Assembly (NCBI GenBank): GCA_038062675.1 | Contig: JBBTWP010000003.1 | Coordinates: 129,378 to 193,377 of the forward strand | Reading direction: 5' to 3' | DNA length: 64,000 nt | Source of the DNA: Patescibacteria group bacterium | GTDB taxonomy: Bacteria; Patescibacteriota; Minisyncoccia; Phycocordibacterales; UBA1550 | Shown: positions 56,401 to 64,000 of the stretch, piece after piece | Layout: every line of letters begins with the position of its first letter | Numbering within the stretch: the first letter of the stretch is position 1 | Notes under the pieces: model-generated | Told to the model about the DNA's origin: nothing | Seen by the model: only the letters and a program-made list of their open reading frames with translations | Database searches by the model: none | Program-made: the position numbers and the translations under genes

Positions 56401-56554
56401 ATATATTTAATTTTCAAACTTTTTACGTTACTTGTTACTCCTCGCTGTTATCTATCAAAACAGCTATGGGTGCATGCTGTGTGCTTGGGTAACGACAAAA
56501 TACTACCACAAAACAAGACTTTTGCAATTCAAACTAGAATGTAGACGTTTTGAC

Positions 56555-56965
56555 CTAGAGGGGGAGGTCAACGGCGAATGCTCCGGGTCCAACAAAAACC
56601 ATAACAAAAGAAACGACGGCAAGAATAATATAAAAGTCGAGCGTGTTCAAAGGGAGCGCTTCCGGACGTTTTATTTTTATTCCTGCCGCGAGCGTCATGA
56701 GGGTTCCCGTCACAAGAGCAGCGACTTGAGTGAATGCGCCCACAATAAGAAGAACGCCCGCAAGGAACTCCGCTCCTGTCACGAGACCAAAAAATACTAT
56801 TGCAGGACGCATGCCAAGTTTTTCAAAAAAAGCCACTCGTGCAGGACGATTACCAAAGAATTTCGCATACGCAAAACCAACAAAAATAAGACCAAGCACC
56901 ACGCGAAGCACGGAGATTGCGAGGAAGTCATAATTGAGAAGGGTTGGAAACATGCTTACCATCAT
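56555..56965 (-). CDS. DoxX-family membrane protein.
   Basis: Four hydrophobic helices. DoxX-like sequence. Confidence 0.7.
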   Translation of the reverse strand: MMVSMFPTLLNYDFLAISVLRVVLGLIFVGFAYAKFFGNRPARVAFFEKLGMRPAIVFFGLVTGAEFLAGVLLIVGAFTQVAALVTGTLMTLAAGIKIKRPEALPLNTLDFYIILAVVSFVMVFVGPGAFAVDLPL

Positions 56966-56992
56966 GGCGAAAGTATACCAAAAATATCTACA

Positions 56993-57493
56993 ATGCGCTA
57001 TTATTCCTTAATGCAGACAGAAACTCAAATCGCAGTTCTTGTTTTAGAAAATATACGCAGTGCTCAAAACGTGGGGGCGATTTTTCGTACAGCAGACGCA
57101 ATTGGTGTGCAAAAAATATATCTTACCGGCTACACACCAGCACCTATTGATAAATTTGGGCGACCGCAAAAGGAGATTGCAAAGACAGCGCTCGGAGCGG
57201 AAAAAACCATTCCATGGGAAAGTGCTCCCGATACTGCGTCGCTTGTAGCACGTCTTCGGCAGGATGGATTTTTTATTGCGGCAGTGGAAAAAGTGTCCGG
57301 TGCGATGGATTACAAAACATTGGAAGCTCCAGGCAGGGTTGCATTCATATTTGGAAATGAGGTTGACGGCGTGTTGCTCTCGACGCTCGGTGCCACCGAT
57401 GCGGTAGTAGCTATCCCTATGCGGGGGATGAAGGAGTCACTCAACGTAGCGACAACAGCGGGGATTGTTTTGTTTCGAGTGTTGGATAAGTAG
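56993..57493 (+). CDS. SpoU/TrmH-family RNA 2'-O-methyltransferase. The track ORF extends from 56432, but the upstream part is antisense to doxX and is rejected.
   Basis: LENIRSAQNVGAIFRTADAIG and FIFGNEVDG motifs. Confidence 0.7.
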   Translation: MRYYSLMQTETQIAVLVLENIRSAQNVGAIFRTADAIGVQKIYLTGYTPAPIDKFGRPQKEIAKTALGAEKTIPWESAPDTASLVARLRQDGFFIAAVEKVSGAMDYKTLEAPGRVAFIFGNEVDGVLLSTLGATDAVVAIPMRGMKESLNVATTAGIVLFRVLDK

Positions 57494-57499
57494 AGGATA

Positions 57500-58084
57500 T
57501 TATTTCCCGAGCTTCTTGAGGGCTTCTTTGATGCGAGCAGCCGGGCCAATAATGGTGGCAGGGATAAGATGGAGAGCGTCACGCGCTTCTTTTGTGGAGT
57601 AGCCGAGCGCCATAAGCCCTTCGATGGCATCGTGTTCTTCTCGAAGCACACCAGTCCCGACATCACCTTCATGTCCACCGAGTTTTTCTTGGAGTTCAAT
57701 AATTATTTTCTGAGCACTCTTTGCGCCAATGCCAGAGACTTTGGTAAGGGCGGCTGCGTCACCGCGAGAGATGGCTTGCTTCAAGTGGTCGACAGGGGCA
57801 ATGTTGAGAATGCCAAGCGCAGACTTGGGGCCGATACCTGAAACACTGATGAGCATTTCAAAAAATTCAAGTTCCGCTTCTTCGCGAAACCCATAGAGGT
57901 CGAGCACGTCTTCACGCACGACGAGGTGAGTCCAGAGGTCGACTTTTGAGCCGGTGTTTCCGCGAATGGTGCGCAAGGTGTCGAGCGCAACACGGACTTT
58001 GTAGCCTACGCCGCCTACGTCGACAACAATGAAGCGGTCGCTTGCAAACATGAGGGTTCCAGAGAGGTGAGCAATCATACGCAT
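57500..58084 (-). CDS. ruvA: Holliday junction DNA helicase subunit RuvA.
   Basis: MIAHLSGTL…VVDVGGVGYKV. HhH motifs. Confidence 0.85.
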   Translation of the reverse strand: MRMIAHLSGTLMFASDRFIVVDVGGVGYKVRVALDTLRTIRGNTGSKVDLWTHLVVREDVLDLYGFREEAELEFFEMLISVSGIGPKSALGILNIAPVDHLKQAISRGDAAALTKVSGIGAKSAQKIIIELQEKLGGHEGDVGTGVLREEHDAIEGLMALGYSTKEARDALHLIPATIIGPAARIKEALKKLGK

Positions 58085-58173
58085 ATAGTACAGGGTTTCC
58101 AACTATTTTGCACTGGGGGTTTGTGGCGCAAAAAAGTTGCAAAATTTGAAAAATGATATATAGTATGTGAATT

Positions 58174-58437
58174 ATGCCAATTACGACATCAGCAAAACGC
58201 AATATTCGTGGGTCAGCCCGCAAGCACGTCTATAACGAACGCCGCAAAAAGGCGATGAAGGACGTGACGAAGGAGGTTCGTGGGCTAGCAGTAGCAAAGG
58301 ATAAAAAGGCTGCACAGGAGCTTCTTTCGAAGGCTTACAAAGCTATCGACAAGGCGGCAAAGACCAACCTTATCAAGAAAAACGCTGCATCTCGCAAAAA
58401 GTCCCGTCTCGCTCAACTTATTAAGAAGATTAAGTAG
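58174..58437 (+). CDS. rpsT: 30S ribosomal protein S20.
   Basis: MPITTSAKRNIRGSARKH…. Confidence 0.85.
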   Translation: MPITTSAKRNIRGSARKHVYNERRKKAMKDVTKEVRGLAVAKDKKAAQELLSKAYKAIDKAAKTNLIKKNAASRKKSRLAQLIKKIK

Positions 58438-58458
58438 ATAGCTATTTTTAAAAGGTTC

Positions 58459-58490
58459 AAAAAACACCATGGCTCGCCATGGTGTTTTTT
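58459..58490 (+). terminator. Intrinsic terminator.
   Basis: aacaccatgg-ctcg-ccatggtgtttttt. Confidence 0.75.
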
Positions 58491-58505
58491 GGTATAATAG
58501 CGATT

Positions 58506-58820
58506 ATGAACACGATTGTACCAAAGGATGCAGAGAAGATTATTAGAGAGGGTGATGTGGTGGTGCTTGACGTGCGTTCGTCTGAGGAGTATGCCGAAGG
58601 GCACCTTGCTGGTGCGCGCAACATGAACATCAATGATGCTGGGTTTGCTGATAATGTGCGTGCGCTTGATCGTGATAAAAAGTACGTCGTCTATTGTTTG
58701 GCGGGTGGTCGTGGTGGTCGTGCGGTGTCGCTCATGAATGAGCTTGGTTTTAAAGATGCAAAAAATCTTGTAGGGGGGATTACGGTATGGAAGTCTGAGG
58801 GGTTGCCAGTGGAGAAATAA
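58506..58820 (+). CDS. Rhodanese-domain sulfurtransferase.
   Basis: VLDVRSSEEYAEGHLAGA…CLAGGRGGRA. Active-site Cys loop. Confidence 0.75.
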   Translation: MNTIVPKDAEKIIREGDVVVLDVRSSEEYAEGHLAGARNMNINDAGFADNVRALDRDKKYVVYCLAGGRGGRAVSLMNELGFKDAKNLVGGITVWKSEGLPVEK

Positions 58821-58852
58821 AAGCAGTTGGTTTGCTCTTGAGCACAAATACA

Positions 58853-58882
58853 AAAAAACACCCGTTGAGGGGTGTTTTTTTG
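58853..58882. terminator. Bidirectional terminator hairpin, copy 1 of an identical 30-nt element.
   Basis: aaaaaacacccgttgaggggtgtttttt. The identical sequence is at 60669-60698. Confidence 0.7.
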
Positions 58883-58905
58883 TATGTCATGCTAACACCA
58901 AAGAA

Positions 58906-60648
58906 TTAGAGTTTCTGCTTTTCCCACAATTCAAAAAAACGCCCTTTCTTTTGGTGGAGGTCAGCGAAGTTTCCAGACTCTATAATTTTTCCGCCTTCGA
59001 TAACGATAATTTTATCCATTTCTTTTACCGTAGTCAGGCGGTGGGCAATAACAACAGCGGTAACACTTTGGAAAAATTTGTGGAGAGAGTCTTTTATTTT
59101 TTCTTCCGACTCAACATCAAGGTGTGACGTTGCTTCATCCATGAGGAGGATTTGAGGGTTTTTGAATATTGCACGTGCAACGCCAACACGTTGTTTTTCT
59201 CCTCCCGAAAGCTTTACTCCTTTTTCTCCCACAATAGATTTAACCCCTTGTGGAAGTTTGTTCATAAAGTCGCGCACATGCGCAACATTAATGGCGCTGG
59301 CCAAGAGTTCAGCATTCTCGGATTGCTCAGTATTGGTGATAGTTATATTTTCACGGAGCGTGGTGTCAAAGAGCTCGATATCTTGAAGAACGACTGCTAC
59401 ATGATTGAAGTAATCTTTTTTGCTAATGTTTTTTAAGGGAACATCGTCGAAATAAATGTGGCCTGTATATGACTCATGTTCTTTGAGAAGAAGTTTAAAG
59501 AGGGTAGATTTTCCTGCGCCAGACAGTCCAACAATACCAATTTTTTCCCCGCGCCTGATTTCAAGAGAAACATCATCCAAAATCAGTTTGTCGTGATATG
59601 AAAACGAAACATTTTTTATCGAGATTGTTTGCCAGTTGCTAGGGAACGCAACTTTACCATCTTCGCTGTCAATGGTGATTGGAGTCTGAAAAATGCTCTG
59701 CATGCGCGAGAAGGAGTTTTTTGCAACAGCGAAATCTTCTGAAACGTCGGCGAGTTCACCCATCGACTGCACTACGCTTCCGAAATACCCAGCAAAGAGA
59801 ACAAGGAAACCAAGCTCATACACACCCTCAGTGATTCCGTACACAATAAAAATCATAACTGATATGCGAAAAATTTGTGCGTAGAAATTTCTTGCAGAGT
59901 TTCCGCCTTGGTACCAAAATATTCTTTTTTTGATGGTTTCAAAAAGGTCTGCGCCACTTACGGAGAGTTTGCTTAAGATTTGTTGCGCCATCGACATGAT
60001 TTTAACGCTCCGTATATTGCTAATGGACTCAAAGAGTATTCCACTCCGTCGCTCCTCCTTCTCGCTCAAGAGGGAAGCGACAGCGATGACTTTTTTCCGC
60101 GAAAAGCGAGACATGGTGTAGTAAGTAAGGAGGAATACGGTGGTCGTTGCGCCTATAACGAAATCAAATTTAGTAATAATAAATATTACCCCAATGAGGT
60201 TGATGGTGATTTCAATAAAATTGTTGATCCAGATTCTCAGCATCCTGTCCAAGCTTGAAGAGCCACGTTCAATACGCTTGAATTTACTGCCCGCACTTTC
60301 TTGCTCGTGCCACGACATGTCCAAGAGTATGAGGTGCTCTATCGATTTTTGTTGGGCCCTCAAAGCGGCCTTTTCCGAGATTCGATACATGAGCGTTTTC
60401 CCGATATAGATGCCAGCATAGCGGAGTACGATAGCAAGAATGGTGAGTGAGAATGCAATGTAAAGTGGAGTTAGCGGTTTTTCCGGCTTGTAATTGCTGA
60501 AGAAATTTACAATGACGGCGAACGCGTAGGGTGGGTAGAGCCATGCAATATCGCTGAGTGCTCGGCATGTGGTAGCAAGCCAAAATCTCCACTTATCCGC
60601 TTTGACATAGAGCCATACATCAGCAATTAAATCTCGAGTTGTGTACAT
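58906..60648 (-). CDS. ABC exporter, fused permease-ATPase (MsbA/MdlB-like).
   Basis: Six-TM N-terminus. Walker A GLSGAGKST. Signature LSGGEKQRVGVARA. Confidence 0.85.
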   Translation of the reverse strand: MYTTRDLIADVWLYVKADKWRFWLATTCRALSDIAWLYPPYAFAVIVNFFSNYKPEKPLTPLYIAFSLTILAIVLRYAGIYIGKTLMYRISEKAALRAQQKSIEHLILLDMSWHEQESAGSKFKRIERGSSSLDRMLRIWINNFIEITINLIGVIFIITKFDFVIGATTTVFLLTYYTMSRFSRKKVIAVASLLSEKEERRSGILFESISNIRSVKIMSMAQQILSKLSVSGADLFETIKKRIFWYQGGNSARNFYAQIFRISVMIFIVYGITEGVYELGFLVLFAGYFGSVVQSMGELADVSEDFAVAKNSFSRMQSIFQTPITIDSEDGKVAFPSNWQTISIKNVSFSYHDKLILDDVSLEIRRGEKIGIVGLSGAGKSTLFKLLLKEHESYTGHIYFDDVPLKNISKKDYFNHVAVVLQDIELFDTTLRENITITNTEQSENAELLASAINVAHVRDFMNKLPQGVKSIVGEKGVKLSGGEKQRVGVARAIFKNPQILLMDEATSHLDVESEEKIKDSLHKFFQSVTAVVIAHRLTTVKEMDKIIVIEGGKIIESGNFADLHQKKGRFFELWEKQKL

Positions 60649-60668
60649 GAATTTTTAGTATAGCATAC

Positions 60669-60698
60669 GCAAAAAACACCCGTTGAGGGGTGTTTTTT
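60669..60698. terminator. Copy 2 of the identical 30-nt hairpin. Terminator of the tRNA-Arg transcript.
   Basis: Identical core to 58853-58882, in the same orientation. Confidence 0.65.
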
Positions 60699-60702
60699 GC
60701 GT

Positions 60703-60777
60703 TGGTGCTCCTGGCAGGAATCGAACCTGCATTTCTCCCTTCGCAGGGGAGTGTCCTATCCATTGAACGACAAGAGC
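60703..60777 (-). tRNA. tRNA-Arg with anticodon GCG (75 nt, CCA encoded).
   Basis: Acceptor GCTCTTG/CAGGAGC. T-loop TTCGATT. Anticodon loop CTGCGAA. Confidence 0.7.
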
Positions 60778-60859
60778 GTTTTTAGGTGCTTTTTAAAGCT
60801 TCCACACTCTACCACAAAATTTTAGAAAATCAAAAGTTTTTCTAGTCAGCGCAAAGAGC

Positions 60860-61342
60860 TTAAAATCCCAGCATGCGCATAAGGCGATGGGCTACGGGTT
60901 CAACTTGAGGTTGTTCTTCGAGCATGTGCGCAAGGGTGGCACGAATGTCTTCCATGGGGGCATCATTGCCGAGCGGGATAATGATTTGTGGTGCAAGGGG
61001 TTTTTTTGAGGTGAGAAGAATGATGCGGGTAACGGCACCTGTTTTTTTGTCGGTTGATTCGTCAACCCAGAAAGACAGAAGTGTGTCCCACGGATAGAGT
61101 GTTCCGTTGGTACGAATGCCTTGTGCGGAAAGTTCACATTCAACGAAACTCATGGGGCGCTTTGCGCTGACGAGTAGTGTTCCCACGCCGAGAATAACAA
61201 TAATAGAGAGGAGTGCGTTGCCGAGGATGAAAAAGGCGATGGCGAGCGAAATGGTGATGATTCCCGCCGCCCAATACCAATCCGCGGAATGTTCACGATA
61301 TCCATGCTCGGGGGCTTTCCATAAAATACGATCATCGTTCAT
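60860..61342 (-). CDS. Two-TM membrane hypothetical protein.
   Basis: Hydrophobic helices only. Confidence 0.4.
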   Translation of the reverse strand: MNDDRILWKAPEHGYREHSADWYWAAGIITISLAIAFFILGNALLSIIVILGVGTLLVSAKRPMSFVECELSAQGIRTNGTLYPWDTLLSFWVDESTDKKTGAVTRIILLTSKKPLAPQIIIPLGNDAPMEDIRATLAHMLEEQPQVEPVAHRLMRMLGF

Positions 61343-61414
61343 GACTATAGTGTAGCAAGAGAATGGAGTTCCGTACAATTTTTACATGTTCATCAATTGT
61401 AGTCTGTTCATAAA

Positions 61415-62140
61415 GTGCGCTACAATACTCGCATGGGAGACATGACAATACTTATTGCGTTTGGTGCGGGCCTCGTCTCGTTTCTTGCGCCGTGCGTATT
61501 GCCACTGGTTCCGGGGTTCCTTGCTTATTTGGGGGGAGTTGCTGTGGAAAAAAAATCACAAGGTAAGGAAGTGCATCATGCAACATTTCGGGCGAGTATT
61601 TTTTTTGTACTTGGTTTTGTTTCAGTGTTTGCGGTCTTGGGACTCATACTTCATGGAGTGCTTGCACCGCTTGGTGTTGCCACGCAAGCCATACTCGCTC
61701 GCGTGGGCGGGGTCATCGTGATTTTTTTTGGGCTGTATCTCATGGGGCTTATTAAGTTGGGGTTTTTAGAGCGAGCGAGACCTGTGGTGGTGCATAAAAA
61801 GTTTTCTTCGCGTTCGATTACGTCGTTTGTGTTTGGTGTGGCGTTTGCCCTTGGGTGGACACCCTGCGTGGGTGTGGCACTTGGCGCCATTTTTGGTTTG
61901 GCGGTCTTGGCTCCCGCACAAGCATTTGTCCTTTTGCTTGCCTATGCGCTCGGCCTCGGGGTGCCATTTTTGATCATGGGATTTTTTGCAGACAAAATTG
62001 CGCGGCACCTCAATCGCAGTTTCGTGTGGGTGCAATATTTGAACATTCTTTTTGGAGGAGTGTTGGTGTGGTTTGGTGTCCTTGCGTTTACGCAAAACCT
62101 AGCGTCATGTCGTGAGGTGTTGTGGAGTTTTCCTTTTTAA
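61415..62140 (+). CDS. ccdA: Cytochrome c-type biogenesis / thiol-disulfide transporter CcdA (DsbD core).
   Basis: FLAPCVLPLVPGFLAYL and the second conserved Cys TPCVG. Confidence 0.75.
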   Translation: MRYNTRMGDMTILIAFGAGLVSFLAPCVLPLVPGFLAYLGGVAVEKKSQGKEVHHATFRASIFFVLGFVSVFAVLGLILHGVLAPLGVATQAILARVGGVIVIFFGLYLMGLIKLGFLERARPVVVHKKFSSRSITSFVFGVAFALGWTPCVGVALGAIFGLAVLAPAQAFVLLLAYALGLGVPFLIMGFFADKIARHLNRSFVWVQYLNILFGGVLVWFGVLAFTQNLASCREVLWSFPF

Positions 62141-62144
62141 TGCT

Positions 62145-63404
62145 ATGAAATTAATTTTCGCAATAGTAATACTCCTTGCTTCGAGCGCCCTTATTATTTT
62201 TTCCGGTGCGTCGGTAAAAGTTTTGGAATCGCAGAGCTTGAATCAAGAATTGAATCCTCAAAAAATGATTGCAGGTGCATTTTTTACCAAGAGCATTACA
62301 GCGCCATACCTCCAGCACAAATTTAATGTTGCAAGTACAACGGGGCAAAAGATAAGGGTACTCTTGGTTCCGGGGCACGAGCCACATTTTGGTGGGACGG
62401 AATACAAAGATTTGAAAGAGCGCGATTTGGTAGTTGACCTCACTCAGGAGCTTGCAAAATATTTGAGCGCTGACGATACTTTTGAAGTTATTGTAACGCG
62501 TGGGAAAAATTCATGGAACCCGCAGTTTGAAAAATATTTTGTGGAAGGAAAGAAAGCCATTGAGGATTTTGCAGTAGCCCAGAGGGATGAAATGAATCGA
62601 CTAATAAAAGAAGGAAAGATTTCGAAGGTTCCTGATGTGGTTCCCCACAATGACGCTCCCGGAGATGTTGCACTACGACTCTATGGTATCAACAAGTGGG
62701 CAAATGAATATGGCGTAGATGTTGTGATCCATGTTCACCTCAATGATTATCCAAGAAAACGCGTCACGCGTGCTGGTGAGTACACAGGATTCTCTATTTA
62801 TGTTCCCGAGAAGCAGTATTCGAATGCAGAAACGAGCGTTGAAGTGTCGACAAAGATTTTTAATCGATTGGCAAAATTGTTCCCTGTGAGCGATATGCCA
62901 AAAGAGGATATGGGAATCGTCGAAGATCAAGAGCTTATCGCCATCGGCAGTTTTAATACGGTAAATGCGGCAAGTATGCTCATTGAATATGGGTATGTAT
63001 ATGAATCTCAGTTTGCCAATCCAAAGATTGCGCAGGCAGTGCTCAAAGAAATGGCACTGCAGACGTACCTCGGGCTACACGATTTTTTTAATGAAGCAGG
63101 GAGTCCTACGGTGGGTGTTCATGATACGACATTATTGCCGTTTGAGTGGAAGACGGCGATTAAAAAAAATCAGAACCCAAGTCAAGATGTCTTGTCTCTT
63201 CAGGCGGCGCTCATGAAGCGCGGATCATATCCGCCAGCAGGAAGTTCAAAGAATGATTGCCCGCTCAGTGGAACATTTGGACCATGTACGCGAACGGCCC
63301 TCGCTGTGTTTCAGAAGGAATTTGATACACAAGGAGAACGAGGAGTTGTCGGAAAGGAGACGCGAGATTGGTTGAATAGTTTATATGGCGAAGTGGGGAG
63401 GTGA
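62145..63404 (+). CDS. Cell-wall hydrolase/amidase-like protein with a C-terminal PG_binding_1 domain.
   Basis: N-terminal TM. LLVPGHEPHFGG. C-terminal LSLQAALMKRGSYP…GTFGPCTRTALAVFQ peptidoglycan-binding repeat. Confidence 0.5.
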   Translation: MKLIFAIVILLASSALIIFSGASVKVLESQSLNQELNPQKMIAGAFFTKSITAPYLQHKFNVASTTGQKIRVLLVPGHEPHFGGTEYKDLKERDLVVDLTQELAKYLSADDTFEVIVTRGKNSWNPQFEKYFVEGKKAIEDFAVAQRDEMNRLIKEGKISKVPDVVPHNDAPGDVALRLYGINKWANEYGVDVVIHVHLNDYPRKRVTRAGEYTGFSIYVPEKQYSNAETSVEVSTKIFNRLAKLFPVSDMPKEDMGIVEDQELIAIGSFNTVNAASMLIEYGYVYESQFANPKIAQAVLKEMALQTYLGLHDFFNEAGSPTVGVHDTTLLPFEWKTAIKKNQNPSQDVLSLQAALMKRGSYPPAGSSKNDCPLSGTFGPCTRTALAVFQKEFDTQGERGVVGKETRDWLNSLYGEVGR

Positions 63405-63432
63405 TTGTTCTTTATGAAAAACACAGGAATGC

Positions 63433-63466
63433 AAAAGGGGCGCGCCGTACCGCGCGCCCCTTTTTC
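63433..63466. terminator. Bidirectional GC-rich terminator.
   Basis: aaaaggggcgcgc-cgtacc-gcgcgccccttttt. Confidence 0.8.
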
Positions 63467-63483
63467 ATTACAGTGTTTTAAGG

Positions 63484-63933
63484 TTATTTTAAGGTCACCG
63501 ATCCTCGAAACTCAGGCTTCAAGTGGTCGTGGTAGCGCCACTGTCCTGCGGTTGTAAATGTGTATTCATACACAGATCCTTTTGGTTCTCCTTCGAACTC
63601 ATCAAACCCGGGAAGTTCTTTGTGCGTAGGATGCATTGCTGATGCTACCCACATGTCGGTGTTTGAGTTGTTTACGAAACGTACTTTTGATCCTGCCGTC
63701 ACCTCAAGCGTTGCTGGGTTGAATCCAGCGTCGCTGTAGGTGACGGTGTACTCAGCTACTTGCATAGCAGGCACCATAGCGTCTTCTGTGGTCCCTCCTT
63801 TTGGAGCACTGTTTAAAAAGAAAAATAAACCAATGAGGACAATGAATCCGGCAATAATATAATAAACTTTTTTACTTTTTGGTGATTCCATTGGTGGCTG
63901 CATTGATGACTGTGTCGTTTGCGTTGGTTCCAT
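63484..63933 (-). CDS. Membrane-anchored cupredoxin-like domain protein.
   Basis: TM, then beta-sandwich-like domain with His/Met candidate ligands (MHPTHKELPG…YHDH). Confidence 0.45.
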   Translation of the reverse strand: MEPTQTTQSSMQPPMESPKSKKVYYIIAGFIVLIGLFFFLNSAPKGGTTEDAMVPAMQVAEYTVTYSDAGFNPATLEVTAGSKVRFVNNSNTDMWVASAMHPTHKELPGFDEFEGEPKGSVYEYTFTTAGQWRYHDHLKPEFRGSVTLK

Positions 63934-64000
63934 GATAATGAATTAAGACTAAATGATTAATGAAAGCACTTTTTAAGTATACCATTTCGGTACAGAAAAC

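Noticed and set aside
56432-56992. Upstream 187 codons of track ORF 56432..57493.
   Set aside because: This part is antisense to the well-supported DoxX gene and crosses the tRNA-proximal repeats. Only the SpoU domain from 56993 onward is credible.
1-64000. CRISPR arrays, integrases/transposases, rRNA genes.
   Set aside because: I looked for regularly spaced short direct repeats, DDE/tyrosine-recombinase motifs and rRNA signatures and found none. The repeats present are irregular scars or intragenic protein-coding repeats.

Overview
This 64-kb window looks like a small-genome, Patescibacteria/CPR-like bacterium. That taxonomic call is an inference from gene content, short intergenic spacers and roughly 40-50% GC. 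All calls below rest on protein motifs I recognise by eye and on DNA patterns; no database search was possible.

The window contains the chromosomal replication origin neighbourhood: yidC, then yidD-rnpA-rpmH on the opposite strand, then dnaA-dnaN with multiple consensus DnaA boxes.

Core genes I could identify:
- Cell wall and replication/repair: class A PBP, tyrS, ruvC, ruvB, ruvA, serS, polA, holA-like.
- Translation and tRNA: tsaE, rpsT, a SpoU methyltransferase, tRNA-Lys(UUU), tRNA-Arg(GCG).
- Pilus, export and redox: pilB, an ABC exporter, ccdA, a rhodanese, a DoxX membrane protein.

Between these core genes are several accessory modules:
1. A type IV secretion-like operon at 0.4-8.3 kb. 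It has a PrgI-like protein, a VirB4 ATPase apparently split into two ORFs, a VirB2/TrbC-like pilin fused to a zinc DD-peptidase (M15)-like domain, and a VirB6-like polytopic membrane protein with a pilin-like C-terminal domain.
2. A stack of small islands inserted behind the 3' end of ruvB. Diverged duplicate copies of the ruvB 3' end mark the insertions. The islands carry an HTH-Panacea antitoxin with a RelE-like toxin, and a second membrane protein with a pilin-like C-terminal domain.
3. A low-GC block with a truncated AlaRS-catalytic-domain paralog, an S51 (peptidase E/cyanophycinase-like) peptidase, an archaeal-type SAM synthetase and an uncharacterised protein.
4. A Type III R-M locus (Mod, Res). 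An AlbA_2/HATPase_c_4 gene sits between mod and res, and a small Zn-ribbon coiled-coil protein lies upstream.
5. A surface-protein cluster: an M23 peptidase, and a roughly 1020-aa protein with six near-identical Fn3-like repeats that are also repeated at the DNA level.

The most unusual non-coding signal is a roughly 45-bp bipartite element: a hairpin followed by a CGATTC-NGCA-GAATCG palindrome. It occurs three times, each time immediately upstream of the promoter of a different accessory operon (the T4SS operon, the R-M locus, the M23 peptidase).

Other non-coding signals:
- 95-bp direct repeats flank an AAA+/DUF4143 ATPase gene.
- Identical 30-nt terminator hairpins flank the ABC exporter gene.
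- A complex palindrome and repeat scar zone lies next to tRNA-Lys.
- A 400-bp gene-free interval between ruvB and serS has a consensus promoter and a terminator, and is a candidate ncRNA.
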